The notes under the pieces are model-generated. The model saw only the letters and a list, made by a program, of their open reading frames with translations. It ran no database searches and was not told where the DNA came from. The position numbers were made by a program, and so were the translations under genes. Source: a virus. From it: DNA of 64,000 bases. The DNA lies in the UHGV virus genome UHGV-0318153; one strand, written 5' to 3'. Every line of letters begins with the position of its first letter. Within the stretch, counting starts at the first letter, position 1. This document shows, piece by piece, positions 1 through 10,805 of this stretch.

Positions 1-1179
1 ATCGAAGTTAATAGTTCCTAGAGATATATTAATCATATATACCCTATTATTCAAACAATTATCCGGATTTATGACAATACCACCATCCCTGAACCAAGTA
101 TTGTTAATCCCAATAAGTCCCGCCAGAACTGACGCAACCTGCTCTTTTGTCATAACTCCCGCAACTTTTCCGTTTTCATCTATACATACTAATTTAGATA
201 TATCTTCAAGTGCTGGTAATTCAGCAATTTCACTACTTAATTCTTTTTTACCTACATATTCAGTCAAATCAATAGCAGCTTCATATTGTCCTAATAATTC
301 CCACGCATCATTAACAACAAGATATTCATCATATTTATTAGCTTCTCCTTGATGAACAGATATTTTAAGATATATTTTATTTTTATCTTCATCAGTCATA
401 GAAGGAATAGAAGGTAAATCACTAACAACTCTATAAATATTTAAATCTAATGTTGATATTCTATCAGCTTCTCTTTTAGCATAATCTCCTTGTTCTTTAG
501 CATAAGTTGATTGTTTATTAGCTTCAGTTATAGCAGCATTTGTATTTTGAGTAGCTTGATTTGCATTATTTGTAGCTTCTATAACAGCTGGTTTTAAATT
601 ATCATTATAATCTGTTTTTATTTCATTAGCTGCATCATAAGCCGGTTTCTTTAAATCTTCAATTTGCTCAGGTGTAAAATCTTCATATTTAAATTTAATA
701 GTACCGCTATTATTCCATTTAGGGTTACTAACAACATTGCCATTTTTTTCTACATATAAATATAAATTGCCATCAATAAGATAACCATCTCCATATTTAC
801 CAGTATCAGGTAATTCATCTTCACCAGTAAGATTAGATATAATATTTATACTAGCTCCTGTATCTCCTTTTAGATTTTTAAATTCAAGATTTATAATTCT
901 ATTAAATTCATCCCCCGATAATGTTACAACAACTTCTGGAGTTCCTATATGATTATCAACAGTGGCTGTTACATTTTGTATAGTAGCATTTTTACCACTA
1001 GCTATTTCCATCCAATATTCTTCATTATCAGTAGGAGTTCCTTTTGGTACATTTTTCTTAGCAATAAAAGTTTTACCGTTATCATTTATTGTATCAAGAA
1101 TTTTATAATCTATTCCAACATCATAATCTCCTTGTGGAGTTATACTAACTTTTCCTAATTTACGTATTATTGGTTTCAT
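1..1179 (-). CDS. Partial structural (tail-like) protein. The N-terminal ~393 aa lie in the window and the gene continues past position 1.
   Basis: Start is ATG at 1179..1177 (MKPIIRKLGKVSITPQGDYDVGIDYK...). Hand translation of the reverse strand shows no stop codon down to position 1. It lies in the late structural block directly after the 985-aa tail protein. Confidence 0.7.
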   Translation of the reverse strand, partial: MKPIIRKLGKVSITPQGDYDVGIDYKILDTINDNGKTFIAKKNVPKGTPTDNEEYWMEIASGKNATIQNVTATVDNHIGTPEVVVTLSGDEFNRIINLEFKNLKGDTGASINIISNLTGEDELPDTGKYGDGYLIDGNLYLYVEKNGNVVSNPKWNNSGTIKFKYEDFTPEQIEDLKKPAYDAANEIKTDYNDNLKPAVIEATNNANQATQNTNAAITEANKQSTYAKEQGDYAKREADRISTLDLNIYRVVSDLPSIPSMTDEDKNKIYLKISVHQGEANKYDEYLVVNDAWELLGQYEAAIDLTEYVGKKELSSEIAELPALEDISKLVCIDENGKVAGVMTKEQVASVLAGLIGINNTWFRDGGIVINPDNCLNNRVYMINISLGTINFD

Positions 1180-4117
1180 CTTTATTTACTTTTTGATAAA
1201 TATTACCATCTTCATTATTAACATAAAAATCAATATCGTCTATTGTTATTTCTGTTCCTCTTATTCCAATCATATCAGGATGTTCGAAATAGAAAGTTTC
1301 ATTATATATTTCTCCATATTTATTAATTATATTATCTATATTACAATTTATAAAACTTATAAAGAAATCAGCATCTTTTTCAAATCCTAAATTATAAGCA
1401 GCAACAGCACTTTGAAATAAATTCCAACAATCGATAATTTGTTTATTAACAACATTATCAGGCTTTTCTTTTATTGCTTTATTATTATTAATTATAAGGG
1501 TTATAAGTTTTTGATAAATTGTGATATAATTTTCAGGAATAAGAAGATAAATATCAGAAAGTAATATTTCTTTTATATTTATACTATTAACACCGTCATC
1601 ATATATAACATAACTGTTTGCATCTCCTATTGGAGTTTTCATTGTATACATAGATGTAAATGTTGTAAGTCCAGTAATTTCACATGTTATATCAAGTTTA
1701 TTATAAATTAAATTATACATCTCAGATGAAGAATCATTTCTTATAATTTTTGTTATTGAATATTCAGTTTCATTTTCAATTATATGACCATTTATTACAT
1801 TATATGATTTAACAACAGCAGTTTTTACTTTTGTATTTTCAGGTTTGTGAAAATGAAACTCAGGAGCAACTATTTCTTTTTCATATTTTGTACTAGATGC
1901 TTTTTGACTAATATTAATTGTTTTATTATTATTACTTTCTGTTTGTGTAATTGTAACAATAGCTGTTCTTGAAAAATCTAAATTTTCATCAACAGATATT
2001 TGAGTTGAATTATTACTTACTTTACACCATGATTGCTTAGATGAAACATTATAAGGTACATTAACTTGTTGGTCTTGATAAACACCATTAATATATAATT
2101 TTCTATAACTTTGTATTGTAAAATTTCTTGTAATGCCTTTACTTTCATAATTAGGAACACTTATTTCAGTTTCAGTTACTTCAAGAGTATATCTCCATTC
2201 AGATATTCCAGCAGCTTGTTCTAAACTAATTGGTAATTCTTTATTACTTTCATCTTGAACAAATCTAACACTACCTATTCTTATATTAGTTGTTTTATTT
2301 TCACTAACTTTAATTTCAGCAGTATTATTTGTTGTTGCATCAACACTATAACCATCTCCTTGTATAATTGTTTTAAAAGCAACTTGTACTTTACCACCTG
2401 AAGGACTACCATTTAATAATTTTTGTTTTTCAGATGTTATATTAAATGTTTTTTGACTAGCATTATATGGAAAACTAACTTTATTTGTTCCTTCTGCTAC
2501 TGTAAATGTATATTCATAAGATTCAGTAGCAGCGTTTTGAATAATAGTTACAGTAAATTGTTTTTTACTTTCATCTTGTATAAATGTTGCAGTTCCTTGC
2601 TTTTCTTCTTCATCTTGATTTTCTGAAATATTTATAACATTTTTATTAATAGAAAACCCTTCTGTAATTGAAGAATTATAATTAATTTGAATAGCATCAC
2701 CGTAAGGCTTTCCGTTAACAGTTTTTTGTTTCGTTGATATAACATTTAATGTTTTATTACCTCCAGTAGCTTCTATACGTATAGTATCTGCATCAGTGTT
2801 AAAAGCATAAATATAATCAACTACAGCTGGTTGCTGTACAATTTTAATTCTTACTTCTTTACCTTCAGCATTATTTTGTGTAACAATTAATGTATCTTCT
2901 CGTGTTGTTTCAGATATATTTTCTGTCATATTCCAAACAGCACCGTTTTCGCTTACACCACTTAAAAATCCTCTAACAGAAGTAATAGTAAATGGAACTT
3001 GTTCTGGTTCACCGATAGGTTCATTACCATAATAACCTTGTTTAGTAGATAAAACAGTTATTGTTACTTTTCCATTTAAAGCTGGAATAATACTATTATC
3101 AGTAATTGCTTGTAAACTATATATAATAGTTAATTCTCCAGCTTTTTGTGTAATAGGAATTTCAATATCTTTTGATGTTCCTAATTCAGGTCTATTAATA
3201 ATAAGTTTGCCTGTACGTGCTTTATAATTATTAGCTTCAGCTATAACTTCATTTTTAAATACGTTATAATTAAAACCGTATCCATCAATTTTAGCGTTCC
3301 ATTCAACTGGTATTTCATCTCCTACGGGCAAGCTATCTTTTAATTCTCTTTTACTACTTTTTGTAACATTAAGTTGAATTCTTCCACCTTCTTTTTCAAA
3401 AATAAAAGATTTAGGTTCATATTCAAAATAATATTCATATTCAGTAGTATCTTTAGCTTGATTAATAATAATATCTATTCGTTTATTACTTGCATTTTGT
3501 TCAAAATAAATATTTCCTGTTCTTGGTTCAGAAGAATTAGGTTTAATGGTTAAAGTTTTATTATTATAATTATATATTATCCAATTGGCATCATTTATAT
3601 TATTGTATCTTATATCAAATGGTATATCTTCTGTTTGAATATCATTTCCATCTGATACAGTTTTTGTCGATGTAATTTGAATATTTATTGTTTGTCCTTT
3701 ACCATCATCTTCAATAGTTGTTCCACCAGACATTACAAATTCATAAGTTGTAATAAAATTTGGTGTTTCATATATCCAACCATTACAAACTATACAAGTA
3801 TGTTTATTACCTTCTTCATCAATATAATAATTATTTGCTCCTTTATAATTAGGTATTTTAATTGAATTATATATTTTATCAAGATTAGATTTTATATAAT
3901 CAATAAAATAATCAGCTTTATCAATTTCATTCTTTTCAAAACAAACAATAGCAAGTTGAAATAAATTCCAAAGTTCTATAATATTTTTATTATTTGTTTT
4001 GCAAGAAGCAGAACAATCTTTAATTATATCTATACCATAAGAATATAAACAATATGCAAGTTTATTATAAATACAAATATAATCAAGTGGTATTTTTAAA
4101 TAAGAATATTTATTCAT
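1160..4117 (-). CDS. Large tail fiber / receptor-binding-like protein (985 aa) with a central run of Ig/BACON-like beta repeats. Its N- and C-terminal ~130-aa domains are homologous to each other.
   Basis: Long ORF in the six-frame track. The Thr/Asn-rich repeats are typical of Ig-like tail domains. The N-terminal segment (NKNIIELWNLFQLA...KADYFIDYI) parallels the C-terminal segment (NKQIIDCWNLFQSA...KDADFFISFI). Confidence 0.8.
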   Translation of the reverse strand: MNKYSYLKIPLDYICIYNKLAYCLYSYGIDIIKDCSASCKTNNKNIIELWNLFQLAIVCFEKNEIDKADYFIDYIKSNLDKIYNSIKIPNYKGANNYYIDEEGNKHTCIVCNGWIYETPNFITTYEFVMSGGTTIEDDGKGQTINIQITSTKTVSDGNDIQTEDIPFDIRYNNINDANWIIYNYNNKTLTIKPNSSEPRTGNIYFEQNASNKRIDIIINQAKDTTEYEYYFEYEPKSFIFEKEGGRIQLNVTKSSKRELKDSLPVGDEIPVEWNAKIDGYGFNYNVFKNEVIAEANNYKARTGKLIINRPELGTSKDIEIPITQKAGELTIIYSLQAITDNSIIPALNGKVTITVLSTKQGYYGNEPIGEPEQVPFTITSVRGFLSGVSENGAVWNMTENISETTREDTLIVTQNNAEGKEVRIKIVQQPAVVDYIYAFNTDADTIRIEATGGNKTLNVISTKQKTVNGKPYGDAIQINYNSSITEGFSINKNVINISENQDEEEKQGTATFIQDESKKQFTVTIIQNAATESYEYTFTVAEGTNKVSFPYNASQKTFNITSEKQKLLNGSPSGGKVQVAFKTIIQGDGYSVDATTNNTAEIKVSENKTTNIRIGSVRFVQDESNKELPISLEQAAGISEWRYTLEVTETEISVPNYESKGITRNFTIQSYRKLYINGVYQDQQVNVPYNVSSKQSWCKVSNNSTQISVDENLDFSRTAIVTITQTESNNNKTINISQKASSTKYEKEIVAPEFHFHKPENTKVKTAVVKSYNVINGHIIENETEYSITKIIRNDSSSEMYNLIYNKLDITCEITGLTTFTSMYTMKTPIGDANSYVIYDDGVNSINIKEILLSDIYLLIPENYITIYQKLITLIINNNKAIKEKPDNVVNKQIIDCWNLFQSAVAAYNLGFEKDADFFISFINCNIDNIINKYGEIYNETFYFEHPDMIGIRGTEITIDDIDFYVNNEDGNIYQKVNKDETNNT

Positions 4118-4337
4118 ATACTATATTATTACTCATATCAAATAAATTTAATTTAGTATCATCATCAAATATATCTATATTGTCAAATCCATGTAAAACA
4201 ACAATAGATAATATTTGTCCAATATCTTTTTCTTTTCCTTGTATCATAAATCCAAGTTTCTTTTTCTTAATATTATTTGTCTCTATTGATACAAGTCTTT
4301 CTTCATATCTTGGTTTTACAATATCTATATCTAACAT
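4110..4337 (-). CDS. small hypothetical protein (75 aa)
   Basis: ORF packed between its neighbours in the same operon, with start/stop overlaps. Confidence 0.35.
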   Translation of the reverse strand: MLDIDIVKPRYEERLVSIETNNIKKKKLGFMIQGKEKDIGQILSIVVLHGFDNIDIFDDDTKLNLFDMSNNIVYE

Positions 4338-4966
4338 TTTTCTAAATATTTATTAGTTACATAAATACAATAATCATTTATTTTGATATTTATCTTATTA
4401 TTTATATTATAAAGTTTTTGTTCTTTATTAAGATTTTCATTATAAATAATATCTATCAATACATCTTTAATTTCATTTTTCCAATCTACTTTTATATAAT
4501 TAGTAATAGGATTTACATCAGTATGATAAAGTATTAATGCACTATACAAACTATAATATTCAGCATTAACAATATCTTCAATATTATCTAATATGTTTTG
4601 TTTATTAATCTGAATATTATTTGCAATAATAGTATCAGTACCAAATTTTATAACAGAATTAGCAGATGATTTAAACAAATGTTTAATAGCATTTACACAT
4701 CTTTCTTTATCTTTATCTATTATATTTTTTGTTGTCAATGTTATAAAATCACTAATTGTAGAAATACTATCAACTAATTTTTGATTAATAATTATTTGAT
4801 GCTTTTTTACTTCTTCTTCTTTATTATGTTTTTTAATTTCTTTATAAGTATCAATTATTTTAGCAATAACAAGATAAATACCAACAACAATAGCAGACCA
4901 AATTCCTTGTTCTATAGCACTATTCATCAAATCCATAAAAACATATACAATAAAAGGAGTTACCAA
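4331..4966 (-). CDS. hypothetical protein with an N-terminal transmembrane helix (211 aa)
   Basis: ORF; hydrophobic N-terminus (IWSAIVVGIYLVIAKII). Confidence 0.55.
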   Translation of the reverse strand: MVTPFIVYVFMDLMNSAIEQGIWSAIVVGIYLVIAKIIDTYKEIKKHNKEEEVKKHQIIINQKLVDSISTISDFITLTTKNIIDKDKERCVNAIKHLFKSSANSVIKFGTDTIIANNIQINKQNILDNIEDIVNAEYYSLYSALILYHTDVNPITNYIKVDWKNEIKDVLIDIIYNENLNKEQKLYNINNKINIKINDYCIYVTNKYLEKC

Positions 4967-5037
4967 TACTAATCATAAGATTAATATCAATAGCTCCTTT
5001 TTGATTAATATTCGGCTAACATTTCTAATCAATTAAG

Positions 5038-5901
5038 TTATTCAGCAAGTTTAGCAAGTACAGCTTCAATTTCAGTAACAGTTGTACCTGTCGGCAAAGC
5101 AATTTGAACAATTTGATTAATAGCAGTATCTACAGTTCTTGTAGTTCTAGGTTCAGCAAACTGAAGAGTATAAACAATAAAACCTGCATCAGCAGAATCG
5201 CTTGCCCGTAGAGGATTAAGAGGATAATGACCACGATAAATAAAATCATCAAATGTATCTGTATATCCCATATCTCCAGCAGCTTGTAACCACATTTCTT
5301 GAATAGCTTTAGCATCGTTAATTGGGGCAACAGCATGAGTAGGGGTCTGAGCAGTTCCAGCTAAATCATCAGCAAATACAATTTCATAATCTTGTCGCTC
5401 ATCATTACCTCTAATAATAACATGACTAGTAAGACCTGTTACTTTAATATCAAGTTCAGCTGCATTAGCTGCAAAATATTTTCTAAAATAAGCTGCAACT
5501 GTGTCTGCTGTATCACCATCTTTCGCCAAATAAGTTCCTGTCCATTTATTTCTATGATTAAAAGGCATGCCTTTCTTAACAAGAATCATAGTATAAGTAA
5601 GACCAGCTGTAGGAGCAGGAATTGTTACATCACAAGCAAATGCAGTACCAGCAGAATAAACACTTTTTACATAACTAAAGTTATTCTTATAGATTGGAAT
5701 ATTCCACATCTTCTGCCCATCGTGATAAAGAATAACTCCTTCTTTTTTAATTTTTGTACCATCACTATCAATGTCTAATCCTGTATTACTAGTTCCTGCA
5801 CCACTTTTAAAAGCTGCAAATGCAATCTGACCAGCAGTCAAAGGAATAGTCTTAGGATAAGCAGTCATAGGAGCTTTTTGTCCTAAAATAAATCTTCTCA
5901 T
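5038..5901 (-). CDS. Putative abundant virion structural protein (287 aa). It carries one copy of the dispersed repeat.
   Basis: ORF with GC-richer, Ala/Gly/Thr-rich codon usage like the capsid gene, located in the head/tail module. Confidence 0.7.
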   Translation of the reverse strand: MRRFILGQKAPMTAYPKTIPLTAGQIAFAAFKSGAGTSNTGLDIDSDGTKIKKEGVILYHDGQKMWNIPIYKNNFSYVKSVYSAGTAFACDVTIPAPTAGLTYTMILVKKGMPFNHRNKWTGTYLAKDGDTADTVAAYFRKYFAANAAELDIKVTGLTSHVIIRGNDERQDYEIVFADDLAGTAQTPTHAVAPINDAKAIQEMWLQAAGDMGYTDTFDDFIYRGHYPLNPLRASDSADAGFIVYTLQFAEPRTTRTVDTAINQIVQIALPTGTTVTEIEAVLAKLAE

Positions 5902-5912
5902 AATTCATTAAT

Positions 5913-6572
5913 TTAATTTTTACTAACACTAGATAAATAATATTTTACTGCATCATTTACTATATCATTATGAAGATATATCGGTAAATCACAATTTATA
6001 TTATTATCCCCATATTCTTCATCATATACAACCGTATTTGGTAATTTGATATAACTATACTTTATTTGTTTAGGTTTTGTCTTATCATCACCATTATATA
6101 ATTGTATATCTATTTCATTTTCAGTACCAAATGCAGTAACTATAGGATATGTCTTAGATGCTCTATTGCAAAAATCTCGTAATGTATCACTAAGTTCTTC
6201 ATTCTCAATTATTCTACATTCATAAAGTTTTGTATCATAATAAAGTTTGAAGCCTGTTATTAACATTATTTCGGTAGTATCAATATTAAATGTAAAAGGA
6301 TTTATTTCAGTACCTTCTCCATTGATATTATCTGCATTAATAATTCCTTCTTTATATAAAGTTCGTAAACTATTTAATGGAGATACTCCTATTTGTTTTG
6401 CTTTATTAGTTGGTATATTACCAATATTTTCAGCTAACAAATTTCGAGTTTTTGCAATAATAGCATTATTAAGACATATATCTATATTTTCAGAAAAGAT
6501 AGCACGTACAGTCTGTAACCCCATCTGTTGTGCTACCTCTCTAAACATGACGTGCATCTCTTCTATTGTCAT
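5913..6572 (-). CDS. hypothetical structural-module protein (219 aa)
   Basis: ORF tightly packed after the capsid gene cluster. Confidence 0.6.
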   Translation of the reverse strand: MTIEEMHVMFREVAQQMGLQTVRAIFSENIDICLNNAIIAKTRNLLAENIGNIPTNKAKQIGVSPLNSLRTLYKEGIINADNINGEGTEINPFTFNIDTTEIMLITGFKLYYDTKLYECRIIENEELSDTLRDFCNRASKTYPIVTAFGTENEIDIQLYNGDDKTKPKQIKYSYIKLPNTVVYDEEYGDNNINCDLPIYLHNDIVNDAVKYYLSSVSKN

Positions 6573-6573
6573 A

Positions 6574-7707
6574 TTACATATAATTTAATTTATTCTTATA
6601 TGCTTCAACGGCATTAGCATTATCTGGATTAGTAAACCATATTACAGCCTCTTTCATATTTGCTCCAATATAATCACCACTATCAGCAGCAACAATATTT
6701 TGTGAATAAGGATGTCTATTAAGAACTCCATTTTCAATAAGACGTTCAATCAATGACTTAACAACAAGTTGTTTATCTGAACATATCTTATTAAATTTAA
6801 CAGGTTCTTCTTGACTAAATTTATCAAGATTATTCTGCTGTACAATCTTACTTTCAGCAAGAGAAGCAGTAATAGGCAAACCTTTAATAACACAATATTG
6901 AACATAAACATCTTTAAAGTAATCATCATCATCACAAATTCCAACATAATTACGTTTAGCTTTGTTAAGTTCAATACGCAATCCTTCTTGCAGTTTAGCT
7001 TCTTTAGCTTCATCTTTAATCCAAAAACGAATAGATTTATCATTATTGATTAAAGCTGGCTCTTTTGCTATATCTTTATACAACAAACAATGTCTATATA
7101 AAAGATAATCAGCAATATTTTCAGGATAACCATATTTGTATTGTTCACTTTCAAGAACATTAAGAGCTATAATTTTCTTTTCAAGTCCTTCTTTAAGAGC
7201 TTTAGTATTTGTTTTGTCTATTGCATCATATTCAGCATTAATTTTATCTTCAGCTTCTTTATATTTAAGATAATATCTATACTGATAATAAACAAAACTT
7301 GTATTAAGTTTAACACCTAACTTATCTACTTTTACTTGAATGTTATTCAAATACTCTTTGACTTTTGTAATATAATTTTCATTACTAGGAGAAACTCCAA
7401 TAAGATTTGGAAAATAAGCATTCATTTCTTCTTTATTGCTAGCTAAAGCACGTGAAGTACGAACACAACTACCAATATACTCATTACGTTCATCTAATAC
7501 TTTATCGTTAGCTTTTCTATAGAAAGAATAATTATTTGTCAAGGCAATAGTAACACTTCTTTTATTTGTATATTCTTTACTAAGAAATGCCTCTCGTTCC
7601 TCACTATTTGAAAATTTTTGTTTTACTTCTTTAGTTTCTTCTGTGGCTTCTTTTGTTACTTCTGCTTTATTAGCATTACCATTCGTCATACCAAATTCTA
7701 ATCCCAT
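6574..7707 (-). CDS. Structural-module protein (377 aa). Its N-terminal leader MGLEFGM is paralogous to the leader of the protein at 9226..10488.
   Basis: ORF. The first 18 nt are nearly identical to the start of the 9226..10488 gene. Confidence 0.65.
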   Translation of the reverse strand: MGLEFGMTNGNANKAEVTKEATEETKEVKQKFSNSEEREAFLSKEYTNKRSVTIALTNNYSFYRKANDKVLDERNEYIGSCVRTSRALASNKEEMNAYFPNLIGVSPSNENYITKVKEYLNNIQVKVDKLGVKLNTSFVYYQYRYYLKYKEAEDKINAEYDAIDKTNTKALKEGLEKKIIALNVLESEQYKYGYPENIADYLLYRHCLLYKDIAKEPALINNDKSIRFWIKDEAKEAKLQEGLRIELNKAKRNYVGICDDDDYFKDVYVQYCVIKGLPITASLAESKIVQQNNLDKFSQEEPVKFNKICSDKQLVVKSLIERLIENGVLNRHPYSQNIVAADSGDYIGANMKEAVIWFTNPDNANAVEAYKNKLNYM

Positions 7708-7727
7708 AATACTATTATTTTAAATTA

Positions 7728-9200
7728 TTACAATACACATTTCAACAAGAACATCTTAGTTGTATTATTAACCTGTAATCCCATTGAACCTTTAATTTCA
7801 TAACGAGCCATATCAACATCTGTAGCTGCATGACCAGTAGAAGGAATACCCCAAGATGCAGGAATAGGTGTCATACCTTCAATAACTTTTGCCATATATT
7901 CTTGTCCAGCTTGTTTAACAATACGAACATTCTGTACACCTTTATAACTAGACATATCAATAAGACAAGCCTGATGTGAAGTAATAGGAAGTCCTGTACG
8001 AGGATGAATCATACCATTCTGTTTAGCAGCTTCAGCAGGAGTACCGTGGTCAAAGAAAGCACAATGTTTAACTGTAATAGTATGACCATCTGGTGTTTTA
8101 TACTGATTAAAGTATTTACCATAAGCAAGACCATCACCGTTTTCCATAATTTTCTTTTCTCCAAGTGGAGTAACAAAACCTTTAGCTCTTGCATCATTTT
8201 CAACTGCCAACTGGAAATCTTGAATAAACCCTTTACCACCCATAAGAACAACATCCATTGTTCCATCATCAGTATCTTTATTCAAAACATCACCAATAGT
8301 TCTTTCAAGTTTAGTCAATGTCAGATATTCACCATAAGTATCATAATTACTTTCACGACAAATTTCTAACATACCAGCAGTATGATAAATAGGTTTACCG
8401 TTATCTCTATCAATAAGTTTAACAGTACCATCAGGCAATCTATTATATTCATGTAACCACAAACGCTCTTCGTTCATTACACGCATATTCAAATTAAATT
8501 GCCGCATTTCTTCATTAATCCAAAGTTTATTACTAGCACCATTTTCATCAATAAATTCATATTGAGTAACAGTATTAGCAAGATTACCAGCAATTTCTTT
8601 ACTATATCTAAAGAACTCTAATTGTGAAGTCATCTCACCAGGACCCATAGAATTACTTCTATTACCTTTAGAATAACTTTCACTAACAGTAGGAGCTGTT
8701 AAACTCCAATATTTACCTTTAGTTAGAAGGTCTGGGTCAATAAAGAAATTCGGGTCAGGATTAGTACAAACAAGAATATATTTATATCCATAAGCACTTT
8801 GTCCACAATCTTTCTGAATACGAACTTGTGTAATACCGTCAGGTGCAAGCAAACCATATTGTTCAATAAACCAATGAGAAGCAAAATGAACTTCAAATTC
8901 AGTACCACCAATACCAGGTTTAATATTAGCTGTATTAAAATAAGTTACATAATCAGTAAACTTCATTCTTCCCATAGTTTTCCAAGTCCACTGAACAGTC
9001 TTACAAGTAGTAATACCTCTACTACCTTGTCCTTCTGTCATAAAACTAAGAGGAAATCTATCACTATCCATACCATAATTATAAGTAAGGAAAGCATTTA
9101 ATTCAACAGGACGAGTAAGCTGGAGATTAGCAATAGATTCTTCATTAGAATAACCTCTATCATCATATCTACCAGTACTCAATTTTCGCATCGTGTACAT
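7728..9200 (-). CDS. major capsid protein, crAss-like (490 aa)
   Basis: Size and position follow portal and scaffold-like genes, codon usage is GC-shifted (highly expressed), and the sequence resembles crAss-like MCPs (HK97 fold). Confidence 0.75.
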   Translation of the reverse strand: MYTMRKLSTGRYDDRGYSNEESIANLQLTRPVELNAFLTYNYGMDSDRFPLSFMTEGQGSRGITTCKTVQWTWKTMGRMKFTDYVTYFNTANIKPGIGGTEFEVHFASHWFIEQYGLLAPDGITQVRIQKDCGQSAYGYKYILVCTNPDPNFFIDPDLLTKGKYWSLTAPTVSESYSKGNRSNSMGPGEMTSQLEFFRYSKEIAGNLANTVTQYEFIDENGASNKLWINEEMRQFNLNMRVMNEERLWLHEYNRLPDGTVKLIDRDNGKPIYHTAGMLEICRESNYDTYGEYLTLTKLERTIGDVLNKDTDDGTMDVVLMGGKGFIQDFQLAVENDARAKGFVTPLGEKKIMENGDGLAYGKYFNQYKTPDGHTITVKHCAFFDHGTPAEAAKQNGMIHPRTGLPITSHQACLIDMSSYKGVQNVRIVKQAGQEYMAKVIEGMTPIPASWGIPSTGHAATDVDMARYEIKGSMGLQVNNTTKMFLLKCVL

Positions 9201-9225
9201 AAATAAAATGATTTTAAATTAAACA

Positions 9226-10488
9226 TTAATAACTTCCTGCTATTTTATTAGCAGTAGAAGCAGCAGTTTTACTTTCTTCTCTCTTTGGTTTAGTAATAGT
9301 TACCTTTGTCTTTCTATTTGCAGAAGTCAATACCAATTGTTTCTTCTTTTCTTCAGCCATTGCTAAATTAATAAGACTAGTATAATCATTACCTGTAAAA
9401 TCTAAATAAGCCTCAAGAAGTTGTCTTTCGCATCTTTCTCTTGGAGTCTTATTCATTAAAGAATATTCATATCTACTAACACCTTTATCATCAACTTGAT
9501 AAACATAATTATAGAAATCATTCAAAGAAACAGTAACTTGTTTACCATCTCTATTGAGCATAATCACTTCTGGAAGTTTGTAACCAGCAATTTGTTTATT
9601 GTCAATTATTTCTTTGACCATTCCCCAATATTGCTCTTGTTCTTGTTGCTCTTTTACTATTCTTTCTTGTGCTTCTTTAGCAATTTGTTCTTTAATTTGT
9701 TTATCATATTCTTGCAATCCTTCTAATTCAGATTGGGCAACATCTTTTAATTGATTACTATCTTTAAGATATTTAATATAAGCATCAACATTACCTGCTC
9801 GTTTACTTTCTTTCCAAGCTTCACGAATAATAGCTTCTTGTTGAGCCTCATTATTTTCATCAATTATGATAGAACTTCTATCTTTATTTTGTCCAAATCC
9901 TTCATAAGAATTACCATTTGCAATATAATAATTAAGGAAATCATTTACAATAGGATATTTTTCAATTAATGCTTCAACACCAGCTTTAGCAAATTCTTCT
10001 TTCTTTAATTCAAGAACTTCATTAACATAAGCCGCAGCTCCTTGTGGTGTATTTTCAAATATTACATCTTTGCCATCTTCATCAGTAATTTTTGTTCCAA
10101 CAGCTTCAATCATACCATTAATATCAAATACTGGAGTTTCATCTTTTTCAGAAACTTCATATTCTTCAAGAAAAGCTTTTACATCTTTAGCTTCTTTAAA
10201 GATATTACCATCTTTATCAACTAAATCACCTTTCTCATTAACAGTATAATTATCTTCACCTAAAGTAACAACAGTTCCAACTTCTAAATTATCATCACCA
10301 TTATTACCACCTTCTCCATTATTATCTGCTGGAGGAGTTTGTTCACCAGGATTGCCATTATTATCTAAAGTAGAAACTTCTTCACCATTGTTATCAACTT
10401 TAGTTTCTTCTCCTGTATTAACATCAACTTTTGTTTCTTGTGCAGCAGCAGCACTTTTTTGTCCTTCAAAACCAAATTGTAATCCCAT
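9226..10488 (-). CDS. Scaffold-like or head-internal protein (420 aa). It has an acidic low-complexity N-terminal region and a coiled-coil centre.
   Basis: ORF between the portal and capsid genes. It is highly acidic/Gly-Asn rich and has KEQQEQEQ coiled-coil segments. Confidence 0.6.
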   Translation of the reverse strand: MGLQFGFEGQKSAAAAQETKVDVNTGEETKVDNNGEEVSTLDNNGNPGEQTPPADNNGEGGNNGDDNLEVGTVVTLGEDNYTVNEKGDLVDKDGNIFKEAKDVKAFLEEYEVSEKDETPVFDINGMIEAVGTKITDEDGKDVIFENTPQGAAAYVNEVLELKKEEFAKAGVEALIEKYPIVNDFLNYYIANGNSYEGFGQNKDRSSIIIDENNEAQQEAIIREAWKESKRAGNVDAYIKYLKDSNQLKDVAQSELEGLQEYDKQIKEQIAKEAQERIVKEQQEQEQYWGMVKEIIDNKQIAGYKLPEVIMLNRDGKQVTVSLNDFYNYVYQVDDKGVSRYEYSLMNKTPRERCERQLLEAYLDFTGNDYTSLINLAMAEEKKKQLVLTSANRKTKVTITKPKREESKTAASTANKIAGSY

Positions 10489-10805
10489 ATTTATATACGT
10501 TTAATTATTATTATGAAAACAAATATATTCATCATCAATTATATCAGCAATCCATATCGACAAGCCCATTATCAGCAATTTATTATCATTGGTGCAAAAT
10601 GTTATAAATGAGCCGAAATGAGCCGATTCTTTTTGCTTCTGTGCCACTTATTTGCAGTTAGTGGACAATTCATCAGAAATGCCGTAAAACGCCGGCAAAG
10701 AGCCTGAAAATCGGTCAAAATCTAGTCAAAAAATAAAGTCTGACATCATTCATCACGAACAATATCAGACTTATCATTAACATTTATAGCAATACGTCTT
10801 TCGGT

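Noticed and set aside
71-1158. Plus-strand ORFs 71..352 and 949..1158
   Set aside because: They lie antisense to a continuous minus-strand ORF with no stop from 1179 down to position 1, which I hand-translated. They are shadow ORFs.
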